From: Trichoplax adhaerens
Taxonomy: Eukaryota > Animalia > Placozoa
Direction of reading: 5' to 3'
DNA length: 64,000 bases
Assembly: GCF_000150275.1 (NCBI RefSeq)
Contig: NW_002060943.1
Location: 7,324,066-7,388,065 of the forward strand
Positions 1-13,300 of the stretch are shown in pieces; the stretch's first letter is position 1, and each line of letters begins with the position of its first letter. Both the position numbers and the translations under genes were made by a program. Below the pieces are notes generated by a model. That model was not told where the DNA came from, ran no database searches, and saw nothing but the letters and a program-made list of their open reading frames with translations.

Positions 1-33
1 GTATAAAAAATCTATTCAAAATGATCAGGCCTA

Positions 34-925
34 ATGTACAGTGTACTGTACAGTTGACTGTACTGTACTGTACGTGTACCGAGAGAGAATTTTGAAAGGA
101 GTACAGTACTGTACTGTACATACTGTACAGTACATACATGTACTGTTACAGTACTGTACTGTACTGTTAAAAAGCATGCTGTACTGTACTGTACAGTGTA
201 CAGTAGTGCTAGTACTGTAATGGCGATGGCTTTTATACAGTACTGTAGGATGGTCTGAGTACAGTAGTACTTGTGCCTGCACTCAACATGTACTGTACAG
301 TGTACAGTACTGTAGGTGTATTGTCCTGCTAATCGGTGGTCCGTTACTCTACCGTGTACAGTGTACACTGTACAGTACAGTATCATGTCAGAGTACTGCA
401 CACTGTACACTCTGTGCAGTAGACCGTTTAAGAACGTTTATTACTACACACTCACGGGCCACCACGACAGTAGTAAGAGAATTTTCTCTCATTAATTAAA
501 GGTATACAGTACAGTATGATAGGATGAACTTTTCTCTTATGATATGTTCAGTCAAGCTGAGTCAACTTTATACAGTACTGTGCTGTAATCTGGTAGCGCC
601 TTCGTACAACATTAATACGCTGAGGTAAAGGCGACATCAATCATTTATAAGGCAATAATGAATTAACTCTGTTGAACAACTTACCTATTCAACTGGATGC
701 GGATGGTACATCGACCGGACATAACAATCACCATGATACAGTGGACAGTACTCTACCGGAGGTGAAAATCGATAGAATGGCTCACTTTTTCTTTACTTAT
801 ATGGCTCTGACTGCAGATGAGACGAGTTTTGCTCACTAGTACTGCACGATGTACAGTACAGTCTCTACCTGATCAGTGAGGACTGTACTGTACTGTACTG
901 TACACTGTACGCTGTGTACAGTAAA
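34..925. repeat. Low-complexity TACAG/CTGTA pentamer-rich tract upstream of SIAH
   Basis: Dense runs such as CTGTACTGTACTGTAC, TACAGTACTGTA and GTACAGTGTACAG at 34-420 and again at 835-925. Confidence 0.9.
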
Positions 926-983
926 ACCGATGATTGGCATTTCGTCAATTAAGTCATCGGAGCAATTTCTACCCCGGCTAAAA

Positions 984-1856
984 ATGGACGAAAGATCGGA
1001 TGCTGGCCTTAACGAGCAAACAGCAACCGATAGTCATCAAAACGATGAAGATTCCAATTATAAACAAATCAAACGGAAACATGAAGACAATCAAAGTGGC
1101 GATCAATTCTCCAGTATCATTAATTTATTTGAATGTCCGGTCTGTTATGATTACGTTTTACCACCTATTAAGCAGTGCACTAGAGGCCATCTCATTTGTG
1201 AAAAATGCCGATTGAAAATTCTCAAATGTCCAGTGTGCAATGAAACATTCGAAACCGACGTTCGAAATTTACAAATGGAAAAATTGGCTAGAACCTTAGT
1301 TTTTCCATGCAAATTTAGACAATCTGGTTGTCAACTTTGCTTTTCGCCTGATGAAAGAAAGATTCACGAAGATTCTTGCCCATTTCGTATTTATAGCTGC
1401 CCTTTCCCGATTACGTGTCGATGGCAAGGCTCGCTGGATTCTGTAGTCTCTCATATTGTCAATAGTCATAAAACAGTCCCTATGCAAGATGGTGAAGATG
1501 TTGTTTTTTCATTTGTTATCACTAGTGAGGTTACTGTGTGGGCTATGATACAAAAATGTCACGATCAACACTTTTTAGTGCTTGTCCGTAAAATAGAAAT
1601 GTCCCATTACATCTATCAACTTTATGCCCTCGTTCAAGTCATTGCGCCTAAATCGATTGCTCGCAATTTCGCCTATGTTTTAACGTTGAAGGACGAACAA
1701 CGCCGCTTAGCTTTGGAATCCTCACCCATTAGTATTAATGATTGTATTGATGACGCTATTGCAGTACGCGATTGTCTTTCAGTAGACTTTGTAACTGCCA
1801 AGTCTTTCAGTCAAGATGGCAATATTCGCCTCTTGGTTGCTATCAAAGCCATCTAG
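984..1856 (+). CDS. SIAH: Seven-in-absentia (SIAH/SINA) family RING E3 ubiquitin ligase, single coding exon
   Basis: C3HC4 RING CPVCYDYVLPPIKQCTRGHLICEKC...CPVC, RNLQMEKLA, two zinc fingers (FPCKFRQSGC...HEDSC; CPFPITCRWQG...HIVNSH), TRAF-like C-terminal domain. First ATGs are at 930 and 984 (AAAATGG context); the ORF-track start at 876 is a GTG inside the repeat. Confidence 0.93.
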   Translation: MDERSDAGLNEQTATDSHQNDEDSNYKQIKRKHEDNQSGDQFSSIINLFECPVCYDYVLPPIKQCTRGHLICEKCRLKILKCPVCNETFETDVRNLQMEKLARTLVFPCKFRQSGCQLCFSPDERKIHEDSCPFRIYSCPFPITCRWQGSLDSVVSHIVNSHKTVPMQDGEDVVFSFVITSEVTVWAMIQKCHDQHFLVLVRKIEMSHYIYQLYALVQVIAPKSIARNFAYVLTLKDEQRRLALESSPISINDCIDDAIAVRDCLSVDFVTAKSFSQDGNIRLLVAIKAI

Positions 1857-2536
1857 GTCAAAAGACGTAAAAATCACTTTGAATTCACTCAATTTTGGGT
1901 TTTTTAACTTGTCGTAACCATGACTTAGACGTGCATGCATTCATATATGATCCATATATAGAGAGATAGATATATACTGTATGTAGAAAATTGTAAATTT
2001 TTCAATTCAAATTCATATCGCAAGAGATAAAATTGTAATGACATCGAGCAACTGACTTATTGTAGTGTAGAACGTTGGTAATTTGGTTATATCAATTGGA
2101 TTTTAAATCTGCCATCTCAATAATTTGTACAGTCTTTAATGTTGTCGTTTCATATTTAAAGAGCAGTTATATTATACACCTGAACAGAGTCAGACATGCA
2201 TTCTGTAGATATATTTGCAACCTATTATAACAAACCTTAACAAGCTGTATTAGTAAACCTTTTTATCTAACGACAGCAATTCTGAAGATAGTCTAAATTC
2301 TCTTCCTCTGGACCTGTTCCGTTTAAAAAATTACGATATTTTTATAAAATACTATAAGCTATGGTGGACTTCTTTTATAAGCGTAAAGCGATATCCGCTT
2401 GTCAAAACGTTTTTATTTATAATTATAATAGATGATGATGATGTGCAAAAAGCGAATCAGCGTTGAATAATTATATTATTATTAATAACATATAATTGTA
2501 CTTTTGATTACCTAAACATCAATAAATCATGTTGTA

Positions 2537-5500
2537 TTAATTGGAATTGGAGTTTAGATTTGTAGGACGTGGAGTCCACATGTTTTGTTGTTGATATAAA
2601 TTATAACTATCGGTATTTAACTGACTGTCCTTAGTAACATTATTATTATAATTAACCGAATTATTGCTACCATATTGGAAGCTATTACTGTAATCTACAG
2701 CATCGACATGAGGTTTCTTATTCGAGTTATCATGAGGAACTTCTTGTACAGAATGTTGTCGCTGGGATGAAAATTGTACTAGATTGTAGGCTGTTTGCAG
2801 TCTCTGACCACCATTTACATTACTATAGTTATCTTGCCTTGGTGGCATCATTGGGGCATTATAGTTATTATTCGCTGGGTAATAATAACTATTATGATCG
2901 CGGGAATAGTTTGTAAAAACGTTGCTGCTTCTATGATACACATTTTGATTATTGACATTCAAACTTGAGTTTTGAAGATTTGTTGTCTGCGGTGCAGTAA
3001 ATGGTGCCGAATAATTTACATTTGGAGAGCTAGTTCTCGTCATGTCGATATTTGTACTTAAAGAGCTACTCGATTGGCCTGCCGTTCCGGTACTTTGCGC
3101 ATTTGAGTACATAACCTGTACGGGATTTGCATTAATACCATCGTCGTTACTATATAAACTATTCGAATAGGAACTATTCGTTCCACTTGAATTGTCATAC
3201 GGCTTGACACTGGTGGGAGGAATATAAGGTATTGACGGTAACGATTTCTTAGCGGGTATTCCAATTAGATACTCTTTGTCGTCGTAACTTGTTTCTGCTA
3301 AAGTCTCTTTCCTTGTTTCTTCAGCTGGGATAGTTGAAGGAATGTTGGCTTTAGGTGCGGTATTACAACTTTCGCTTTCCAACGGATCATGTTTCGATTG
3401 TTTAATTTTTCGCTTCCTCTTATTACTGTGTCCCAACTCAGTCATTTCAACTTTACTTGTACAATCTACACTTTCGTCTTCATGATCAATCTCGGCACTA
3501 TGGTTTTCTGCAATGGAGCTTTCATTTGCGGAGGAATCGCTATTGGAGTGCGAATCCGAGTTAGGATCACCACTAGAATCGTCATCCTCACTTGCAGCAT
3601 CATCCTTCTCGGTGTCTTTGCCTTCCTTTTTCTTCGGGATCCGAGTAGGTTCTTGCCAATCTTCGACTGAAATTTCTTCCATTGGGTTGGTACATTCTCT
3701 CATGAGTTTATTTTTGATACGGGCTTGCGTACGTTGCAGTTTATAATCCCAAGGAAGAACATCCGAGAGTAACTGTTTTAGGGTTTCCAAAAGGTATTTT
3801 ACTGAGCTATCCGGATTGGATTTACTACGTCGTTTAGCTATAGGGGCTAAACTTTCACATAGATCCTTTAAAGAATCGCAGCTATCACAAAGGAGCTCGA
3901 AATCCGAGTCAGGATTCGTAATTGTTTGCGATTTAGGCACGATTTTAGGTGGATCACGTGTTGGTGGGGAACTGTTTGCCGATTTAAACTAGAAAAAATC
4001 GATGGTTAAATGTAATTAAAAAATAGACATTCAACTAGTGATTATAGAAAATAAAATTAATTTATAATGACATTTTATTATTTTCAAGTCATTTTTGTAA
4101 ATTATTGCTAATTATTACGCAAGTACCTGCCGTAATCTTTCAGGTCTTTTGTGAGGAGTAGGTAAAACCGGAATTTCCTTTACAGTTCTAGCGGGTGCCT
4201 TACGTTTCTAGAAATAAATATTGAAGCGATATGATCACACTTTTCTATTGAAATTACTAATTTCTCATTCAATTTTACTGTCGCGGTGTTCAAACTTGCA
4301 ACATCGTTGAATTACATTATACTGTATAGGAGCGTGCGAAATGAAAATATTACTACAGTACCTTTCTTTTTAGTATATCAGCCGTTACAGGATCGTGCTT
4401 ATAAACTCTCAGGTCAAGATATAGGAATCCTGGAAAATAAAAGTAGGTTGCACCTTTGTCATCTTGGCCTAGTACAATCTCACGCAAAGTTACAGGCCCA
4501 TATTGTGTTAAGACATCTCGTAATTCCAGTTCCTATATTGTATCAGAGTGAAACGATATAAAGAGAATTAAAATGTTGAAATATGCCTATACTGTACTGT
4601 GTAATATCATATAACCAAGAATATTATTTCATATTACAGCGATTGATTTAATAATCATTTTGTTAACTTGATAGAATTTAATTGTTACAAAATAGTGAAC
4701 TTTGTTAGTACTTTTATATCAATATTGTAATTACATTCGATTAACAATATATATTAACTTACCGTAACATGGTCACAAAGCGCTTTCAGTAAATATACTC
4801 GTTTCCGAATTGATAATTCATGAAAGGGCGTAGTAATAATTTCTTCCTTATCGCCTAGTTATATTTGAATCAATTAATTTCGATCGCTACTACAAAGTTT
4901 TACGTCATTGTTTCCAGTACAATTATTCTTATAGATATAGTGTTGATTACAATATTAAACATATTTGTAATACCTTATATTAAAATAAATTATATTTTTA
5001 AATCATATACACTACCTAAAACTTCAAAGAGATCAGAGGCTAATCCGAACTTATCTAGAACCTATTTATGTTAAATAAATAATGGTTAATATTATCAAAA
5101 GTTTAAAGTGATTTACGGTAGTTTGTTTATCACTTTCTTTGATCACATCGTTACAACGTACTTTTACGTCGTTACTAAACTACTACACATAAGAGTAACA
5201 TTATCATGGCAACAATAGCACGCATGACGATCCGATTTTGTTATTTATATTTAATGCAAATTATCTAGACTATTTATTATGCTTATCTTCATACCATTTC
5301 CTCGTTTAATTCATCCTTTGTTTCATACCATAATTTTAATACATTTTTTAGCTTATGATCCCAAACATTGTACGGCATGGCTTTTTTATCATCTAGACTT
5401 TAGTAGTACAGAAATAAGATTATACAATTTAATTCTCTAACGACAAAAATGTAACCACTAGTTCAATACAGATCTACATCGTTTTAACAGTTATTGTAAC

Positions 5501-7854
5501 GTCGTGATGGATTTAATAAATTTACTACGTTATATAGAAATGACAACTGAAATATGAAGCTATTTTACATTGGATACGCAAAAGATAGAATTTGACAATT
5601 TTGTGATAATTGCAGTATGCTTACTATTGCCGGGGCTTGGGATCCAAGAGTAGAGATGAGAATATGCGAGCCATTAGATAGCTTCGGTGCGGCATAATTA
5701 ATCCTAGTTCTAATTCTTCTAAGCATACATTTCGCAAATTCAACGAATCTTGGCAAAGGAAGAATAGTTGAGCTATGGCTGGTACCTAATTATACAAGTA
5801 CATGAATCATTGTTATTATTATTTAATAGGTGAAAGACAACAGCATTGTTCAAGTCATCATTGAACAGATTTTTTATAGTGATTGATGGATTACTAACAA
5901 TCAAAAAGGATCGTATCTAGTGTCGATATTACCTGCCAGTAGGATCGGATTTCTTTCACAGAGTCTAATGGGGCGTACTCTTTTTGCCAATTATTAATTT
6001 CTTCCAGCATAGCTAAACTGGCTTCTCTAGCTTCTTGTTGTTTTTGCTTTCGTTTAATTTTTTCTTCTTCTTCTTCTTCCAATTTTACTTTAGCAACAAT
6101 GGATGTTGCAAAATCGAAAGTACCTGAGCTGCGATTGCATCTACGTCTTGATGCTAATCGAATCAATAGAGATAGGTTTATGACACTTTTTAATTACTTG
6201 ATTAATCAATCTATATCTATCTATCTCTCATACAATATTACAGTTTAATTAATACGCTCAATACAGTATTGTATGGCTTCTATGTCTTACAATGTATTAT
6301 TTATGACGATTAAAATACCAGGCATTGCAGCTACTTACAGGTTACATTGGCGTTATCTTCTCCATCGTTTGAATTACCTCTTAGTTTATCACGAAGCGAT
6401 CTGCATCAATATTTCAACTTACTTAGTACAAATAGGCATTAGACATGGACTTTGCAATGAATACATTTGAAAAACTGATCACACGTAATAAAACACAAAT
6501 GATTTAAGACAGGGATATCAACTACATTTAAGTCTAGAATGCACTAAGTTAAGTTAACTTTTGAGCTAACAAGTATGAAGATTTATTGGAATGGTAGCTA
6601 TGTATCGCTGGTATGCAAACGACAGTAATATCCATAAGCTGCTCTCATTTTTAGCTTGGTTTAAATGTGGAACCTAGCAGTAGTTACAGGTAGGTGTCTA
6701 TAACACATGAATGCCATAAACATATCGCTATGTATAATCTTAGTGATTTCTACTGGAGTGGTAGAACGATTAGGATGTAACTTACTTTGGAAACAGATTA
6801 ATTTTCTGCTCTATGGTCTTTTCCAATTTCTGGCCCAATTTCGATATCCAATGTTTGGAGCCATTATACCGATAGCAATTTTCAATCATTAGACGAATAT
6901 CACTGAGGACTTCGTTGATGGTTGTGTAGGAAGAATCATAGAATTTCTTCTTGACTGCGAGAAATAATTGAAAGAATGTAAATTCATTTTTTTGGATTGA
7001 AAATACTTTTTCTTCTTTTAACCATTATTTTATCGAATTAAGTTATACTAAACACTTGTATTGATTTCAATGAAGCCATTTTAAAAGGATTTATACGGAG
7101 AAAAAGACACGACTAAAATGATAGATAAAGCGTAACGCCGGTAAGACATGCAAATCTTGTCAGTGTCTCTTCTTTCTCACTGACCGGCAAGCAAGATTGC
7201 AAAATAGCGTGTCGTAATAAAGAGAGAAAACTACTCACTTTGTACTTAAGCGATTAGTCAATAAAGTTGAAAATTGGCATAGAACATCATTATTCTAATG
7301 GACAAGTATAGCAATGACACTATCCCTATATTCTCTTGATGTTCATCACGATGATGATTGGTGTATAGCATGGTAGTTGAAATTGAAATGAATCAATGAA
7401 TAACAAAGGAAAAAACGATATACAGTACTATGACTGTTATGAGTAAACAGTTGTCTTCGACTAATGGATGCTATCCAGTCATTTTTCTTCCTTGCTAACA
7501 TAGATCAATCAATTTGCAATCAGTTGACAAACAAAACAAGTTGATATGCATCCACTTACTCCATACTAAACACATTGGTTGTTTAATTCGATCATAGTAA
7601 TCCCATAGTCCTAATTTCTCAGTATCAACAGGTTCACGAAAAGGCCATGTCATACTTGCAAATTGATTGGAAAGGAGATCATTGACTAGTTTCCATCCTT
7701 GGAATAATTCAGCGCTTAATGTATTGATGATATCGTCATCACTAATGGATTGTGTTGTACTTTGCTCAATGGGTGTTTCTTCTATTTCGGTTGTTGATTG
7801 CTTGCTCTTTTCATTGGAAACCAACGGTTGAGAATTCTCCTGTCCACTGTCCAT
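2537..7854 (-). CDS. BRD10: Bromodomain protein, KIAA2026/BRD10-like (multi-exon)
   Basis: Exon 7854-7560 WPFREPVDTEKLGLWDYYDRIKQPMCL; exon 6954-6786 KKKFYDSSYTTINEVLSDIRLMIENCYRYNGSKHWISKLGQKLEKTIEQK (HWISKxGQKLE recalled as a KIAA2026 signature); later exons ...EIRSYWQ|VPAIAQLFFFCQDSLNL...LELGLIMP and MPYNVWDHKL...LWY; long S/N-rich last exon ending at 2537. Some internal exon boundaries are approximate. Confidence 0.8.
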
Positions 7855-8099
7855 TTTAATTTCATGTCAAATCAGGATATCGGACATTGGTGGAGTAGCG
7901 GTGAGAAGTTTGCTCTGCGCAAACTCAGCAAAGCACGCTTCACTTTACTTGAGTCAAACGAGTTTGGGGGTGAACGTATTGTGCTGACTGACATGTGTAA
8001 CTCGACGCCGGTCGATGGTGTGTTGCAGCCGAGGCGAGTGACAAGAGGCTCAGGCGCAGTATGGCGGACGATAGTGTCCCGCATACAGTATGTTGTTCG

Positions 8100-8240
8100 A
8101 CTCTCAGCCAATCAATCCCAGCGTCCACTGGAGCACTCTATCATGGAGCACTCTATCATGGACTACTACCGGGAGTCCCATACTCATCGTTCTTAACCCC
8201 CCCCCCGGCCAATAGTACTACATGTAGACATGTAGTAGTA
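8100..8240. promoter_or_regulatory. Putative divergent promoter between BRD10 and GULO
   Basis: AGCCAATCA (CCAAT 8108-8112), second CCAAT 8209-8213, C10 run 8197-8206, 16-bp tandem repeat TGGAGCACTCTATCA x2, inverted repeat TACTACATGT-AG-ACATGTAGTA 8216-8237. Confidence 0.5.
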
Positions 8241-8893
8241 TATATATTTTTAAAAGGTAATGGATATTTTTAAAAGAGGTTATAAAGTCTCTAGTCGTTC
8301 ATAGTGGCTCTATCATCATGGAAGTACAGGTTACTGTTCGTTTCTACTTGTTTTACGTTATCAGTGGCTGCTTATACTGTACATTGAACAGCGTGTTTTG
8401 CGCATCAGTAAAATACTCGCGCCTATGTGGTGCAAGCACACTCTGGGAATGGGACGACCAACTTTACAGTATTATATTACTGGTCATTTTACTCTACCGA
8501 ATGACTAGAATCGTACAGTATATTGTATCGCGGTCGACCAACTTGGCGGCTACTAGGATTACACTTAAAATGACCAGGCCAAAAAAAGCGGCCTCTCATC
8601 ACAGTTACCGTTGGTGTGGACAGACGGACATTTTTCTAGCAAAGCAGACATTATGAAAATGCCGAAAATCATGATAGTGTTGTATTGTAGATCGCTTGTG
8701 TGAGTATTCTATGATCACGACTATGAATTCAAGAGCATTCATGACGTTATACAACTGTAATTAAACAGAACTGAGCAAAATAGAATAGGATTCAATGCAA
8801 TATTGCTTAGTTTAGTAACAGAAGCTCACTAGAGAGTTTCACGTATACAGTATAAATCCACTTGGGATTTCGGATTTTCGGGTGAATGAAGTA

Positions 8894-9140
8894 GGAAGGA
8901 AGTTGGACGGATTGCTTGAACTTCATTTTCTGTAAAATGCGCATGTGTTAATCGTAACAACAGTCCATCCGTCCACTGCCTTAAGGTTCAAGCTCTTGCG
9001 TTTCAACTTTCAAGTTGCAAACTCTCGGAAGGAAGTTGGACAGATTACCGGAACCTCATTTTCGATAAAATGCGCATGTGTCAATTGTAATAACGGTCCA
9101 TCCGTCCACTGCCTTATTAAGGTTCAAGCTCTTGCGTTTC
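8894..9140. repeat. Two-copy 133-bp tandem duplication with internal inverted repeats
   Basis: GGAAGGAAGTTGGAC...CATCCGTCCACTGCCTT...AAGGTTCAAGCTCTTGCGTTTC starting at 8894 and 9027. Confidence 0.9.
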
Positions 9141-9780
9141 CAGTTGCAGCTCTCCTCTTTCCGTCTTTACTGTACGTCGACGATTCCATCAGGATTAAAG
9201 GGAATTCACGTTATGGCGTTAAAGGTTTGTTAATATTGCATGATCTGTATTCATTCAGCTTCTATTTTAGCTATAAGCTGATCTGTAAGAATAATGATTT
9301 CTCTCCTGAACGCCAATCCAACGATATTTGCATGTTGTTGAATAACAAAGTCAAGAGTAGATCTACCATGTTCCTCATACGAGTAACCACAATACTGTAT
9401 GCGTATATGGCAGGATTCCCTGCTAGCCAGTGCAATCTCTATTTGCATTAGTGGATTGGATCTTTTGATGCCATCGATGCTTTATTACTCTTTGACTTAA
9501 TTGACTACTTTCCAATACAGTATTGGCGTACAGCATACGTCTACAGTCTATGAGTAAAGTCGCGTAGTAAAGACGAAAAGAATGAAAGATGAACATCGTA
9601 TGCAATGCGGTAGAATATTACCACAAAACTGGAATCTCTAGCGGTCAAGAACGATATTATAGATATGATCTTCCCTTTATGGTGTAGTATCAGCTACAAC
9701 TATTCAATCATCGACACTGTGGAGCTCTACAGTAGTTTAAGCTATTGAAATTGGATTTTAGAATTGACACTACAGTACTG

Positions 9781-10305
9781 TACTGATATCCATTGTTGAA
9801 TAATTCTCCAATTAAAATCCGTCATCGTTATCATTTAAAATTGGCTATACAAGGCAAATATTTTCAGTAAATTTCGAAATACTATATTTACCTTTTACAT
9901 CAATAATCTTCTACTGATATCCAATGTTGAATAATTTTCCAACCAAAATCCATCATTGTTATCATTTAAAATTAGTTATACTGTACTGTATAGGGCAAAA
10001 TTTGCAGCAAATTTCTAAACACTCGTATACCTCTTACATAAACATTCTTCTACTGTATCGATATCTAGTATTAAGGTTAAATAATTTTCCAACCAAAGTC
10101 CATCATTATTGTTATCACTTAAAATTGCTTACACCACGCAAAATCTTCGGCAAATTTGTATACACTTTGTTATCTCTTTCATAAATATTCTTCTACTGAT
10201 ATCCAATGTTAAATAATTTTCCAACCCAAAATTTATCATTGTTGTTATCATTCAAAATTGTCTATAGATATCCTGTACAGCCTTACGAGGCAAAATTTTC
10301 AGCAA
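9781..10305. repeat. Degenerate ~130-140-bp tandem repeat (4 copies) ending in a GULO exon
   Basis: TACTGATATCCA.TGTT.AATAATT.TCCAA...TTATCA.TT.AAATTG recurs at about 9781, 9912, 10051 and 10193. Confidence 0.85.
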
Positions 10306-13300
10306 CTGGGCTAAAACTTATCAGTGCCAGCCAGAGCTATATTTTATTCCTGAAAGTATCGATCAATTAAGAGATGTAAGATGAATAATAATAAAGAAAT
10401 AATGATTACCCAGCAGATTTTAATATTTGTATAAACAGAATTTAGCCCTTATGGTAGATGGAACGACAACAGTTACAATGTACAGTACACTAGTTCCATT
10501 ACTTATCCTTTACCATGAATGATTTGAAATGTCGACTTTGAAATTTTTAAGCTACGAGATATCGACTCAAAATGTAGAGCGTGACTTGTATACCTATACG
10601 AATAGCAAATACTGTGTCAAGAGACGCATATCAATCACCGATACTACAGTATGATAGTCTTAGCGAGCAGTTTATTAATATTTAACAACATTGTCGTATC
10701 ATTCAATTCGTTGTGCAACCTCAATATATAAGTTCTTGCACCCATGCCGGCAGATTTAAAATCAATAAGTCATAGTACAACACACAGCACATAAGCTATT
10801 GTAAAATCATAATCTCTTTTAGAATAATAATAGGATTTTGGTCTTAGAGATTGATTAAATCGACAGATTAACGTGTATTTACTATAGAAGGTTGCCGCCC
10901 TAGTTTAACATTTTCGACTTCAATGTACGCTGTAGTTATACCATACTATTAGCTAAGGCATGGCTACTATAGTTGTATAGCTAATAACTTATTAGGATAC
11001 AAAATAGTCTTCAATTTTTGAATATCATGAACAGTTATTAGAAGATTTACAGATCGAATGAAATCTCTAAAATCATACTATTTTCTGTGAAATATTAGGT
11101 TATCAAGTTGGCTACAATTCATAAGAAAGTCGTTAGAGTAGTCGGCTGCGGCCATTCTCCATCGGACATTACGTGCACGTCGGATTACATGATCAGTATG
11201 GAAAAATTATCCGGTATTCTTGAAGTAAGCCATTAGTAGAATCATTGTTTAGGCATGATATTTTAAGATACTGTGAAAAATTCCTATTTATTATCTATTG
11301 GTCAACTTTTGTTTGGCTTATAGGTTGATGTGGATCGTAATCAAATAAAAGTACAAGGTGGTGTCAAGATTGAGCGGCTACATAAAGTCCTAGAAGAGTA
11401 TGGCCTTGCTATTAGCAAGTTAGTATCTGTAAATTTGTAATTAACAAATAAAACTAACTGCGCTTAGACATTTGAATTCGTATCTTGTAATTAATCGGTA
11501 ACTTGTAAGCTTATAGATATGGGTCGCTTTCATTAATCATTTGTAGCTAGTATAAGTAAGATGCATCTATTATCCTCACGAAATTTTTGTAATTGCTTAA
11601 TTAGCATTTACAGTAATGTACAGTAGGTAGTTAACATTGGATGGTAGATATGTTTTATGTAATGATTCAGTTAAGGCTGAAGCACTTGTAGGAGATCTAA
11701 AAATATATGCTATTTAAACGCTGTATGATAAATTATATTAATTGGTGATGGCTACCGTAGATTGTTAAGGTTATTTCAGAATACAATGGATCGATAGTTA
11801 TTAAGTTGTTTTTGACATTATAAGCAACTCTACGAGGCCTATAAAAAGCAATTCTAGTTTGGAAAATAGAGTTTGAGAAGAAATTATTTATAGAAGATTG
11901 TTCTAAAGACCTCTCTTGTTGATTTATTTATTCGTTAGATAATTCTCTTTTTTCTGTAACATTATTAGGATGTCTTAGCAATGTCTCAGAATTGCTTAAT
12001 TAGCTTTTATTGTAAAAGTCTTGTTTAGTGATATTTTTTTCCTATTTGAATAGCATCGGTTCGGTATCCGATATCACTCTATCGGGAGCAATTGCTACTG
12101 GTACTCACGCAACAGGTGTCGACTTTGGCATGCTTGCTACCAATGTAGGATTGCATGGATATAGAATAGAAATTACTGTACTTTACAATGTACTGTACAT
12201 ATGTCACGAAATTGACATTGCAATTCATAGTTTTATACTGTTTCATACTAGGTCTTAGAGATTGAATTATTGCTAGCCAATGGGGAGCTCATGGTATGTT
12301 CTCGACATCAAAACAAGGAAATTTTTTTGTGTGCTTTATGCAATCTTGGTGCACTTGGTGTTGTTGTTTCAATCAAATTACAGTGTGAAAAGAGTTTCAA
12401 ATTAGAGCAGCAACAATCTTCCTGTACTCTTGACGAGGTATTCGGAAGTGATATAATTCATTATCTTTCAGAAGTAATACTATGTATTGACCACCAGTTA
12501 CTATTACAGGTATTAGATAATTTGGAAAATGAAGTACGCTCATGCGAACACTTTCGTTTTGGTTGGTTTCCACATACTAATGATGCAGTTGTATGGAAAT
12601 GTAACAGAATCACCAAGGTAATGTAATAGTTTTGTATCAACACGAGTTAGAGTGTAGTTCGTGATCAATCTGATAGTTAAGCAGATTATTACAATTTTAT
12701 TATATCCCATTAATAGTAACAAATACTAAATTCACTACTGTCGTTACTTTCTCTTTAATTTACCTAGCCCAAAGTCGATAGTTACAATTGGTTTTGGGAT
12801 AGCATTGTAGGTTATCATTCTCTTCAGTTCTTGTACTGGTTGAGGTAAATCATTAAAATCATTGAAGGAGACTATATGTAAATTTATGATAATTATATTA
12901 GTTACAACTTATATTTGATATATATAAATATATATATTTATATATTTTTATTTATATCGTACTGACTTAACGGATGACTTTATAGAGACGCAAGCCTGAA
13001 TTTGTTTTATTCAATCTCCTGTGATTGTAGCTCCTACTTTGATAGTCTTATCCCATGGATAAATAGAACGTTCTTTGGATTGTTGTTCCGTAAACCAAAG
13101 TATCGTGTCGATGATAGCTATAAGGTTAAGGCTGCAGTAATATTTCACGATTTTAATAGCAAAACTTTTTAATGTAACTACCTTTCACTTTAAGATTGTT
13201 CGCAACTGTAATAACCATACTAATTAGGGGCTTGTATATATTGTTAATGCGTTCTAGGTATTCAACTTTGAATGCTTGTTTAAGCAATACGTCACGGAAT

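Noticed and set aside
12-410. ORFs 12..410 and 31..282 rich in TVQYS/YCTV
   Set aside because: Translation artefacts of the stop-poor TACAG pentamer repeat; no domain features.
876-929. N-terminal extension of SIAH in the ORF track
   Set aside because: Starts at GTG inside the repeat; a eukaryotic start is more likely ATG 930 or 984.
3389-3746. Plus-strand ORFs antisense to the BRD10 last exon (and similar shadows over DDX51, ACAA2 and BORA)
   Set aside because: Antisense shadows of real coding exons.
7798-8273. Several overlapping ORFs in the GC-richer BRD10 5' region
   Set aside because: No recognisable homology; expected in a GC-richer UTR/promoter.
8980-9000. tRNA gene suggested by the T-arm-like AAGG-TTCAAGC-TCTT
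   Set aside because: No acceptor stem, D-arm or anticodon arm could be built around it.
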